Part shown: positions 19,168 to 26,735 of the stretch, in pieces
Numbering within the stretch: the first letter of the stretch is position 1
Layout: each line of letters begins with the position of its first letter
Origin: Candidatus Woesebacteria bacterium RIFCSPLOWO2_01_FULL_44_24b
Lineage (GTDB): Bacteria; Patescibacteriota; Microgenomatia; UBA8517
DNA: 40,916 nt
Assembly: GCA_001793235.1 (NCBI GenBank)
Contig: MGHM01000002.1
Span: forward strand, 1 to 40,916
Direction of reading: 5' to 3'
The notes under the pieces: model-generated
Databases searched by the model: none
What the model saw: the letters and a program-made list of their open reading frames with translations, nothing else
What the model was told of the DNA's origin: nothing
Position numbers and translations under genes: made by a program

Positions 19168-19816
19168 TTGGTCTTCCTATTCTTTTAATAATCAACAAGC
19201 TTTCCGGAGTTCCCGGAACCGGCCCAGAAAGATGAAGTTCATTCTTTTCTGCGTCTACCGCGACCACTTTGATGTTTTTGATGCTCACGGTATCCCCTCC
19301 CATTCGCCCTGCCATTTTCTTGCCTTTCCAGACTCTCCCCGGATCCGTTCCCTGGCCAATAGAGCCCGGAGCACGCAGGCGATCAGACTGCCCGTGGGTC
19401 TTAGGTCCCCCGGCAAAATGCCAGCGCTTAACTCCGCCCGCAAAACCTTTACCCTTGGAAACGCCGGTAACTCGTACGACGTCCCCGGCCGAAAAAATGT
19501 CGGAGACTTTTATGGTGTCGCCGACTTTTTCTTCAGGTTCAGAAGTAAGCCTAATTTCTCTCAAAAAACGAGCCCCCCTTCGCTCCGCTTCGGAGGGGGA
19601 ACCCGCCTTTTTCAAGTGTCCTAGGACTGACTTGGTCATATTCTTGGTCTTTTTGGCGCCTGTCCCGAGTTGCACTCCCCAATAGCCATTTTTGCTCTCA
19701 GACAAAACTTGAGTGACAATATTTGGTTCCACGGAAATGACAGTTACAGGCACTCTTGTGTTTTCCACAAATGCCTGTGACATTTTTTGCTTTGTTCCTA
19801 AAATAGTATCAATCAT
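19157..19816 (-). CDS. rplC: 50S ribosomal protein L3
   Basis: VPVTV, SKGKGFAGGVKR, GRVWKGKKMAGRMG. Confidence 0.98.
   Translation of the reverse strand: MIDTILGTKQKMSQAFVENTRVPVTVISVEPNIVTQVLSESKNGYWGVQLGTGAKKTKNMTKSVLGHLKKAGSPSEAERRGARFLREIRLTSEPEEKVGDTIKVSDIFSAGDVVRVTGVSKGKGFAGGVKRWHFAGGPKTHGQSDRLRAPGSIGQGTDPGRVWKGKKMAGRMGGDTVSIKNIKVVAVDAEKNELHLSGPVPGTPESLLIIKRIGRPNES
19573..19599. repeat. Palindromic element in frame within rplC (encodes PSEAERRG)
   Basis: CCCCCTTCG-CTCCGCTT-CGGAGGGGG stem-loop in a variable loop of uL3. Confidence 0.65.
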
Positions 19817-19833
19817 GGTTAGAGACTTATTCC

Positions 19834-19856
19834 AAAAAAAGAGCGCCCGAAGGCGC
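19834..19856 (-). terminator. Attenuator-like terminator in the rplC leader
   Basis: GCGCC-TTCG-GGCGC followed by TCTTTTTTT, between the promoter and the rplC ATG. Confidence 0.75.
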
Positions 19857-19915
19857 GACTAGCTTCCTTCAAACTTACTCTCGAGGTTAAGGGCTAAACC
19901 ACCTCATGTGCATGG

Positions 19916-19944
19916 ATTATATCAAATGAGCGTGAGGGAAGCAA
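19916..19944 (-). promoter_or_regulatory. sigma70 promoter of the rplC-rpsI superoperon
   Basis: TTGCTT, 17-nt spacer, TATAAT, with TG extension. Confidence 0.8.
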
Positions 19945-19987
19945 GGAAATTTGCAGACAAATCGTGTTAAACCAAGTTTGAACCAAC

Positions 19988-20752
19988 TCAACCTTGAGTT
20001 GGTTCAGTGAATTGTGTAGACGATGCTAGTTCACCCATAACAGTAGAGCCAGCAAAGAGTCCTTTAGCAAGCAGCTCTTCTGCCTGCATCCTACCAACAC
20101 CCATACCGACATAATAGTCGTAAGCCTGTTTTATTGCTTCTCCATAAGTAGCCTCTCCGAAATCATAATTCTTTTTTCTTATAAAGTCCGTGTGTGCCAA
20201 ATGATCAAGCATAATAGTAGCCCTTCCGAGAGTATCTACCCCACCTTCACCCACCTTTTTGTAAAATCGCTCAATAAGCGAATTCAGGCTGTCTGGTGTA
20301 ATTGGTTTTTTGACTAAATTCCGATCCGGAACTTCTTCGATGATAATTTGTTCGGAAGTACCTTCATTCAGGGGTACAAGTACCTTACCAGCTGCATCAT
20401 AAAGTTTAGTTTCTGAATCAACTTTGTACTCTGCTAATGTGGGTAACCCAGCCGTCCCATCCCTAACTTTACCTTCATATTCTGAGTCTATAGCCATTTT
20501 TACTAAAAACCTCATTGCGACAACTTTTTTTGCATAGTTCTCATTCGGTGTTGACCATATAAACATATTTGCCAGGCCCTCATCATGCGGGTTTTTTCCA
20601 CTTTCAAAGGTTTTTTGGAGTATTTCTTTGTTCGAGCGTGTTGGAACAGCTTCATCCCGTTCGTTTGAGATATATCCTCTATAGAGAGTCTTTGGGCGAG
20701 GTTCGAGTTCTTGTTCTGAACTACTTATCCCCGTTGCTTCTTCAGGATACAC
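19988..20752 (-). CDS. Hypothetical protein, possible ADP-ribosyltransferase fold
   Basis: 254-aa ORF with GTG start; LYRG...IWSTP...A...SEQII motif order; TGgTAAATT 6 nt upstream. Confidence 0.6.
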   Translation of the reverse strand: MYPEEATGISSSEQELEPRPKTLYRGYISNERDEAVPTRSNKEILQKTFESGKNPHDEGLANMFIWSTPNENYAKKVVAMRFLVKMAIDSEYEGKVRDGTAGLPTLAEYKVDSETKLYDAAGKVLVPLNEGTSEQIIIEEVPDRNLVKKPITPDSLNSLIERFYKKVGEGGVDTLGRATIMLDHLAHTDFIRKKNYDFGEATYGEAIKQAYDYYVGMGVGRMQAEELLAKGLFAGSTVMGELASSTQFTEPTQG

Positions 20753-20819
20753 ATTAATAATTTACCATATTTCATTACACTCCAAAACCCTGTCGTGTTT
20801 AATTTTTTAATCGGTGGGC

Positions 20820-20849
20820 AAACTATCAAATGAGGTCGGGAGAAGCAAG
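20820..20849 (-). repeat. Second, degenerate copy of the rplC promoter
   Basis: TTGCTT-ctcccgacctcatttga-TAGTTT versus TTGCTT-ccctcacgctcatttga-TATAAT. Confidence 0.75.
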
Positions 20850-20912
20850 AAAGGATAGCAAGCGAGTTGTAATGTTGTAAAGAAAAATTTAATATGATAT
20901 AAAGTACCCTCT

Positions 20913-21101
20913 ATGACAATAGATCTAGAAAAGACCATCAAAAAATATGGAGGCAAGTGGGTATTGATTGACGACGAGGGAAGAAAGATCGTTACAAGCT
21001 CACGAAGTGCTAAAAGTGTGTATGTGAGTGCTAAAAAGCGAGGATATAAAACTCCCCACCTGTTCAAGGTCCCTACCAAATTAATCCCCTATATTGGTTA
21101 A
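20913..21101 (+). CDS. DUF5678-like small protein
   Basis: KYGGKWVLID...IVTSS......AKKRG...P pattern; directly upstream of an aspartyl protease. Confidence 0.75.
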   Translation: MTIDLEKTIKKYGGKWVLIDDEGRKIVTSSRSAKSVYVSAKKRGYKTPHLFKVPTKLIPYIG

Positions 21102-21104
21102 ATT

Positions 21105-21533
21105 ATGACGTTTAAATTCAATTTTACCAAGGGTGGTCCTTACAAATTCCCACTGATAGATATCTTGATCAACAATATTAATGATGGCGGCAATGGGCCG
21201 TTGAAATATACAGCATTGGTTGACTCAGGTGCAGTATTTTGTGTTTTTCACGCCGAGATAGCAGACCTTTTGGGTATAGATTTAAAAAGTATTAAAGACC
21301 AGATTGCGTTTAAGGGAGTGGGTAATGAAAAGCAAGAATTTACAGGTAAAGTTGTAATAATTAATATTATGTTATCGCAAAAAGGACAATCGCATCAATT
21401 CGATGCTCCCGTGGTTTTCTCTGACGAGATAAATAAAGATGGGCATCCACTTTTGGGTATTCGAGGATTTTTTGATAAGTTTAAAGACATTACCTTCAGC
21501 GAAGTGCGGGATAAAATAATCCTTGCCGCTTAA
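21105..21533 (+). CDS. Retropepsin-like single-domain aspartyl protease
   Basis: ALVDSGA catalytic motif, flap FKGVG, C-terminal LLGIRGFF. Confidence 0.85.
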   Translation: MTFKFNFTKGGPYKFPLIDILINNINDGGNGPLKYTALVDSGAVFCVFHAEIADLLGIDLKSIKDQIAFKGVGNEKQEFTGKVVIINIMLSQKGQSHQFDAPVVFSDEINKDGHPLLGIRGFFDKFKDITFSEVRDKIILAA

Positions 21534-21542
21534 CAATAAGGC

Positions 21543-21584
21543 TTACGTCTTAATCTTAACAGAAACTCCTGCTGGGAGCCCTAA
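21543..21584 (-). pseudogene. Diverged duplicate of the last 14 codons (including stop) of rpsJ
   Basis: 32/42 nt identical to 22004-22045; translates LGLPAGVSVKIKT* versus LELPAGVSIEVKM*. Confidence 0.85.
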
Positions 21585-21600
21585 GGTCGGGAGAAGCAAG
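21584..21600 (-). repeat. Third, truncated (-35 half) copy of the rplC-type promoter
   Basis: AGGTCGGGAGAAGCAAG is identical to 20833-20849. Confidence 0.8.
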
Positions 21601-21608
21601 GAAGAGGA

Positions 21609-22001
21609 TCACCTTTTACCAATCTCTGTGAGTGCTTCTTTAACAAAACCAAACGTGGCTGGGCCAAACCCGTAATGTTTGCCAATGACAAAGTCTAAGC
21701 TTCCTAAATCTAAAACTCTCTTCCTAAAGTCTTCCACAGTCTCAGACTCTAAAATAAGGCTCGCACCAGAAGATTTAACCACCCAACCATTCTTTCCTTT
21801 TTCAACATAGGATTTTGGGGCATTATATTGGAGAAAACGCCTGAAAGAATTAGCTGCTTTAGCGGCTTGTATATCAACCTCCCTTGTCTCCAAACCGTTT
21901 GAATTTAGGAGAAGAAACTTAATATGTTTTGATATATCATCAACTCTAGTGTCAATAATTTCAAAAGTTTCAGGACTATTGGCAGTACGCTCAGTAGGCA
22001 T
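21609..22001 (-). CDS. Hypothetical protein
   Basis: 130-aa ORF starting 2 nt after the rpsJ stop; no motif recognised. Confidence 0.6.
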   Translation of the reverse strand: MPTERTANSPETFEIIDTRVDDISKHIKFLLLNSNGLETREVDIQAAKAANSFRRFLQYNAPKSYVEKGKNGWVVKSSGASLILESETVEDFRKRVLDLGSLDFVIGKHYGFGPATFGFVKEALTEIGKR

Positions 22002-22003
22002 AT

Positions 22004-22312
22004 TTACATCTTAACTTCAATAGAAACTCCCGCCGGGAGTTCCAAATTGGAAAGCATGTCGATTGTTCGCTCACTGGGGTCCAGAATATCTATCAGGCGC
22101 TTGTGGACCAGCATCTCAAAATGCTCCTGTGCATCTTTGTGTTTAAAGGGGGACTCCAAAACGGGGATTATGGTTCTTTTTGTGGGGAGGGGAATGGGGC
22201 CGACTATTTTTGCACCAGAGGCCATAGCGCTGTCGAGAATTTTCGCAGCCGCTTCGTCAATAACTCTATGGTCGTAGCTTTTAAGCTTTACTCTGAGTCT
22301 TCCTGATGGCAT
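22004..22312 (-). CDS. rpsJ: 30S ribosomal protein S10
   Basis: LKSYDH, GPIPLPT, HKRLIDI, LPAGV. Confidence 0.98.
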   Translation of the reverse strand: MPSGRLRVKLKSYDHRVIDEAAAKILDSAMASGAKIVGPIPLPTKRTIIPVLESPFKHKDAQEHFEMLVHKRLIDILDPSERTIDMLSNLELPAGVSIEVKM

Positions 22313-22332
22313 TTTGGCCCTTTAAAGTGCGA

Positions 22333-22355
22333 CCCCGCAAAGCTTTGCCGCGGGG
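22333..22355. repeat. GC-rich hairpin in the tuf-rpsJ spacer
   Basis: CCCCGCAAAGCTTTGCCGCGGGG contains the perfect palindrome GCAAAGCTTTGC; no U-tract on the minus strand. Confidence 0.55.
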
Positions 22356-22361
22356 CACGGT

Positions 22362-23558
22362 TTATTTAGTAATCTTGGTGATTGCACCGGCGCCAACCGT
22401 GTGCCCACCTTCGCGAATAGCAAATCTTATTCCTTCTTCCATAGCAACCGGCACTATAAGCTTTACATTCATCTTGGCGGAATCTCCCGGCATTACCATT
22501 TCAATTCCCGAGGGCAAAGTCACTTCACCTGTGATATCGGCGGTTTTAATGAAAAATTGCGGTTTATAACCTGTAAAGAACGGTGTGTGGCGGCCACCCT
22601 CGTCTTTGCTTAGAATGTAAACCTCTGCTTCAAATTCGGTGTGAGGAGTAATTGAGCCTGGCTTGACCAAAAGTTGACCGCGCTCAACATCGTCCTTTTC
22701 TTTTCCCCGGAGGAGTACACCAACGTTGTCTCCTGCCTGAGTTTCATCAAGGGTCTTCCTAAACATCTCAAGACCGGTTACCACGGTTTTACTTGAAGGC
22801 TTGAGTCCAACTATTTCAATTTCATCATTTACCTTAAGTTTCCCGCGCTCTACCCGGCCGGTGACTACTGTTCCTCGACCTTTGATAGAAAAGACGTCTT
22901 CAACCGGCATCAAGAAGGGCTTATCAATGTCCCGAACCGGATCGGGAATATACTCATCAACTTTCTTCATAAGCTCCAAGATTTGCTTCTCGGCTTCCGC
23001 GTCGCCTTCAAGGGCTTTTAAGGCCGAACCTCGAATAACTGGAATTTCGTCCCCGGGGAACTGATATTTTTTAAGAAGCTCGCGTACATCCTCTTCAACC
23101 AGATCAATAATTTCCGGGTCGTCAACCGTGTCCACTTTATTAAGGAAAACGACCAGTGCAGGAACATTTACCTGGCGAGCCAAAATAACGTGCTCACGAG
23201 TTTGCGGCATCGGGCCGTCTGCGGCGGAGATAACTAAAATTGCGCCGTCCATTTGAGCTGCACCGGTAATCATGTTTTTGATGTAATCTGCATGGCCCGG
23301 AGCATCAATGTGAGCATAGTGCCTTTTCTCGGTCTCGTATTCAATGTGAGTAATGTTAATCGTAACTCCACGTTCTTTTTCCTCCGGAGCATTATCAATC
23401 TCGTCGAACTTATAAGCTTTATTTCCGGGAAAGTGCTTTGCCAAAACTGTGGAGATAGCGGCAGTCAATGTAGTCTTGCCATGGTCAACATGGCCAATAG
23501 TGCCGATATTGACATGCGGCTTGGTTCTTTCAAATTTCTGTTTAGTGTCAGCTGCCAT
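22362..23558 (-). CDS. tuf: Elongation factor Tu
   Basis: [31 protein letters not shown]. Confidence 0.99.
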   Translation of the reverse strand: MAADTKQKFERTKPHVNIGTIGHVDHGKTTLTAAISTVLAKHFPGNKAYKFDEIDNAPEEKERGVTINITHIEYETEKRHYAHIDAPGHADYIKNMITGAAQMDGAILVISAADGPMPQTREHVILARQVNVPALVVFLNKVDTVDDPEIIDLVEEDVRELLKKYQFPGDEIPVIRGSALKALEGDAEAEKQILELMKKVDEYIPDPVRDIDKPFLMPVEDVFSIKGRGTVVTGRVERGKLKVNDEIEIVGLKPSSKTVVTGLEMFRKTLDETQAGDNVGVLLRGKEKDDVERGQLLVKPGSITPHTEFEAEVYILSKDEGGRHTPFFTGYKPQFFIKTADITGEVTLPSGIEMVMPGDSAKMNVKLIVPVAMEEGIRFAIREGGHTVGAGAITKITK

Positions 23559-23621
23559 GAGTTATATTATAAATGTTTTTAGGGCAAAATCAAATCCCGA
23601 TTAGAAATCAGGATAGTTGCA

Positions 23622-23650
23622 AGTATATTGAGGTCATTTGTGCTTGTCAA
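23622..23650 (-). promoter_or_regulatory. sigma70 promoter for tuf-rpsJ
   Basis: TTGACA, 17-nt spacer, TATACT; leader hairpin ATCCTGATT-TCT-AATCGGGAT (23614-23594). Confidence 0.85.
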
Positions 23651-23678
23651 GTATTAGTTTTGGAGTTAAAGGAAAATT

Positions 23679-23912
23679 TTATTTAACCCTTAATCTGTTG
23701 TCTGAATACTCAATTACTCCCTCAGAAAAAAGAAATCTTACAGTCTCGATCACCCGCTGTTGGACTTCCAGTCCGTCATAGTCGTAGACCACCGTCCGCA
23801 GGTCTATTGCTTTTTCTTCATCTGCAGTACTAATTCTTTTGACAATACCGGGGATTAGTGAGTTGCTGTTAAGTTCCTTGTCCGGAGGTAAATATCCGCT
23901 ACGTTCAAGCAT
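23679..23912 (-). CDS. Small hypothetical protein, winged-helix-like C-terminus
   Basis: 77-aa ORF filling the fusA-tuf gap; ends ETVRFLFSEGVIEYSDNRLRVK. Confidence 0.5.
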   Translation of the reverse strand: MLERSGYLPPDKELNSNSLIPGIVKRISTADEEKAIDLRTVVYDYDGLEVQQRVIETVRFLFSEGVIEYSDNRLRVK

Positions 23913-23946
23913 GCGCCAATATATAGTTTTGTTAATAAGAAGTCAA

Positions 23947-26109
23947 TTAATTTGAAGTGCCACTTCTTTTGGCAATAATATTTTCAGTAATGTTTTTGGG
24001 CACTTCTTCGTAGTGGCTTGGCTCCATGTAAAAGGAGGCTCTGCCCTGGGAAATACTTCGCAAGGTTGTAGCATAGCCACTCATTTCACTTAAAGGTACG
24101 GTTGCATTTATCGCCGTATATATGCCTTTTTGTTCGGTTCCCGAAATTTGTGCGCGCTTACTGGAAAGGTCGCCAATGACATCCCCCATAAATTCCTCAG
24201 GGGTTGAGACCTCCACTTTCATGATGGGCTCCAAAAGCACCATATCGGCCTGTTTTGAAGCGGTTTCCAAAGCCATCGAGCCGGCGATTTTAAAGGCAAT
24301 CTCTGAGGAGTCCACGTCATGGTAACTTCCGTCATAAACCACAACCTTCATATCCACCATTGGGAAACCCGCGAGTATCCCTTTGTCCATTTTCTCTTTG
24401 ACTCCTTTTTCAATCGGCGAAATAAACTCGTTTGGAATAGCGGCACCTTTAATCTCGCTTTTGAATTCAAATCCCTCTCCACGGCCAAGAGGTTCAATGC
24501 GAAGCCAACAATGGCCATATTGCCCGCGGCCGCCGGTTTGGCGGATATATTTGCCCTCACCGTCGGCAATTTTTTTAATCGTTTCCTTGTATGCAACCTG
24601 CGGGGCACCGACCGAAGCCTCAACGCCAAACTCCCGCTTCATGCGGTCAACCAGAACCTCAAGCTGAAGCTCACCCATTCCCGAGATAATGGTTTGGCCG
24701 GTTTCTGGATTACTTTTAATCTTGAAAGTCGGGTCCTCGTCCGAAAGTTTATTTAGAGCCAAGCCCATTTTTTCCTGATCTGTTTTGGTAGCCGGCTCAA
24801 TGGCCAAAGAAATGACGGGCTCCGGAAACTCAATAGACTCAAGAAGTATCGGGTGCGCCGGATCACTTAGTGAGTCCCCAGTGCCGGTGTCGCGAATACC
24901 CACCACCGCCACAATTTCACCGGCATAAGCTTCGTCAATAAGCTCCCGCTGGTCGGCGTGCATTAAAACAAGTTTGCCAACCCGCTCGGTAATTTGCTTG
25001 CTTACGTTATAAATTTGCTGGCCGGCCTTAATTTTTCCTGAATAGATTCTGATATAGACAAGGCGGCCCACATGCGGGTCTGTGATAACTTTGAAACCAA
25101 GAGCCGCAAGTGGTTCTTCATTTGCAGTTTTTCTCTCCTCCTGGGCACCGGTTTTAGGGTTAATACCCTTAACGGACGGAACATCTATCGGCGAGGGGAG
25201 GTACTCAACAACTCCATCCAAAAGAAGCTGAACGGTTGCAGTTCTATTATCCCCACCAAAAATCGGGAAAAATTTGACTGCCACAACCCCAGCCCTGATT
25301 GCTTTTTTAATGTCTGCCTCAGTTAATTCCGTACCCTCCAGATATTTGGTCAAGACTTCATCGTCAAACTCGGCCACTTTTTCAATTAATTCCTCGCGAT
25401 ATTTTTTGGCCGACTCAAGCATGTCAGCCGGAATCTCTTCCTCGGTTAGCTTGTTGTCGGTTATTTCTTTATAGGTATAAGCTTTCATGCGCAAGAGGTC
25501 CACCACTCCCCGATGGGCATGCTCCTGGCCAACGGGGATAGTAACCGGGTGAGCATTTGCGCCGAGCCTGTCGTGAATTGACTTAATACTGTCTTCAAAA
25601 TTGGCGCCAATAAGATTTAGTTTATTAAGGACACAAATGCGGGGAACATTATAGCGGTCCGCCTGGCGCCACACGGTTTCAGACTGACTCTCAACACCGG
25701 TTCGCCCGTCAAAAACCATAAGGGCTCCATCTAAAACCCTGAGGCTTCTTTCAACTTCGGCAGTAAAGTCAATGTGGCCCGGAGTATCAATGATGTTGAC
25801 TCTATAATGACCGTTTTCTACAGAAGAGTCCGACTGCAAATCCCAGAAAGTGGTGATGGCAGCCGAGACTATTGTGATGCCGCGCTCACGCTCCTGCTCC
25901 ATCCAGTCGGTTGCAGTGGTGCCTTCATCAACCGAGCCAAGTTTGTAAGTCTTGCCGGTTTCAAACAAAATGCGCTCGGTGGTTGTAGTTTTGCCGGCGT
26001 CAATGTGCGCAATTATCCCGATATTTCGGATTTTTTCAAACGGGACCAGCCGGTCTTTGGTGATCGTGCTGATAATTGCTGATTTTTTCTTAGTTACTTG
26101 TGCTGCCAT
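23947..26109 (-). CDS. fusA: Elongation factor G
   Basis: AHIDAGKTT, DTPGH, GMGELQL, DGSYHDVDSS. Confidence 0.99.
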   Translation of the reverse strand: MAAQVTKKKSAIISTITKDRLVPFEKIRNIGIIAHIDAGKTTTTERILFETGKTYKLGSVDEGTTATDWMEQERERGITIVSAAITTFWDLQSDSSVENGHYRVNIIDTPGHIDFTAEVERSLRVLDGALMVFDGRTGVESQSETVWRQADRYNVPRICVLNKLNLIGANFEDSIKSIHDRLGANAHPVTIPVGQEHAHRGVVDLLRMKAYTYKEITDNKLTEEEIPADMLESAKKYREELIEKVAEFDDEVLTKYLEGTELTEADIKKAIRAGVVAVKFFPIFGGDNRTATVQLLLDGVVEYLPSPIDVPSVKGINPKTGAQEERKTANEEPLAALGFKVITDPHVGRLVYIRIYSGKIKAGQQIYNVSKQITERVGKLVLMHADQRELIDEAYAGEIVAVVGIRDTGTGDSLSDPAHPILLESIEFPEPVISLAIEPATKTDQEKMGLALNKLSDEDPTFKIKSNPETGQTIISGMGELQLEVLVDRMKREFGVEASVGAPQVAYKETIKKIADGEGKYIRQTGGRGQYGHCWLRIEPLGRGEGFEFKSEIKGAAIPNEFISPIEKGVKEKMDKGILAGFPMVDMKVVVYDGSYHDVDSSEIAFKIAGSMALETASKQADMVLLEPIMKVEVSTPEEFMGDVIGDLSSKRAQISGTEQKGIYTAINATVPLSEMSGYATTLRSISQGRASFYMEPSHYEEVPKNITENIIAKRSGTSN

Positions 26110-26111
26110 AT

Positions 26112-26144
26112 TTAGTTATGAGTAATTAGTTCTTAGTTAGTTAG
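26112..26144. repeat. Degenerate heptamer tandem array upstream of fusA
   Basis: TTAGTTA-TGAGTAA-TTAGTTC-TTAGTTA. Confidence 0.6.
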
Positions 26145-26184
26145 ACCAAGAGGCAAAATAAAATCACGCCTCGCGTGATTCACA

Positions 26185-26213
26185 ATTGTACCAAGCAACC
26201 GTGCTAAAATCAA
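26185..26213 (-). promoter_or_regulatory. sigma70 promoter for fusA, followed by a leader hairpin
   Basis: TTGATT, 17-nt spacer, TACAAT with TG extension; hairpin AATCACGC-GAG-GCGTGATT at 26180-26162. Confidence 0.75.
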
Positions 26214-26217
26214 TAAG

Positions 26218-26499
26218 TTGAAAATTATTTACAGGCCTCATTTAAAGCGAAGGTTAAAAGAAAGAAAGTTTCCTGACGATTATCCTCACAAGATATACAA
26301 AGAGGCAAAATTCAGGTTTTTTGATACTCAAACCAAACACCATATTGCTATTGCTAAAATGGAATATGCAGATAAGTTGAGAAACTTGTCGATCAGCTAT
26401 GATAAAATAGGTAACAAAATAGAAATCATTACAATTCATCCAATTTCGGATGAAGATATAAAAAGTAGAATAAAATCAAAAAGATGGCAGAAAAAATAA
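26218..26499 (+). CDS. DUF4258/RelE-like putative toxin
   Basis: IIYRPHLKRRLKERK N-terminus and IEIITIHP..RW C-terminus; paired with a DUF2283-like gene. Confidence 0.7.
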   Translation: MKIIYRPHLKRRLKERKFPDDYPHKIYKEAKFRFFDTQTKHHIAIAKMEYADKLRNLSISYDKIGNKIEIITIHPISDEDIKSRIKSKRWQKK

Positions 26500-26714
26500 A
26501 AAGAGAAAAGGTATATTACGACAAAAAAAGCGATGCTTTATGGATGTTTGTCCAGAAAGGTATTGAATATGAATCCAAAGAAATTTCTCCCGGGGTAAAC
26601 GTGGAGCTGGGAGAAAATGGGGAGTTATTGGGAATAGAAATACTTAATGCCTCGAAAATTTTAGGGGGGAAGATTAGCAATAAAAAAGAGTCTTACTCTC
26701 CCGCTTCGATCTGA
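26484..26714 (+). CDS. DUF2283-family putative antitoxin
   Basis: YYDKKSDALW...G.LLGIEILNASK signature. Confidence 0.85.
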   Translation: MAEKIKREKVYYDKKSDALWMFVQKGIEYESKEISPGVNVELGENGELLGIEILNASKILGGKISNKKESYSPASI

Positions 26715-26735
26715 GCGTTGTGTTAAAATCAATAA

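Noticed and set aside
20761-20820. Possible third rpsJ-tail relic upstream of the 254-aa ORF
   Set aside because: No convincing match to the LPAGV..K.* coding sequence
20807-21079. 90-aa minus-strand ORF
   Set aside because: Antisense to the better supported DUF5678-like gene and runs through the promoter relic
19916-21600. Three related ~17-30 bp repeats as a CRISPR array or integron attC sites
   Set aside because: Spacing is 700-900 bp, the repeats are not palindromic and they match a sigma70 promoter; no cas or intI gene in the window
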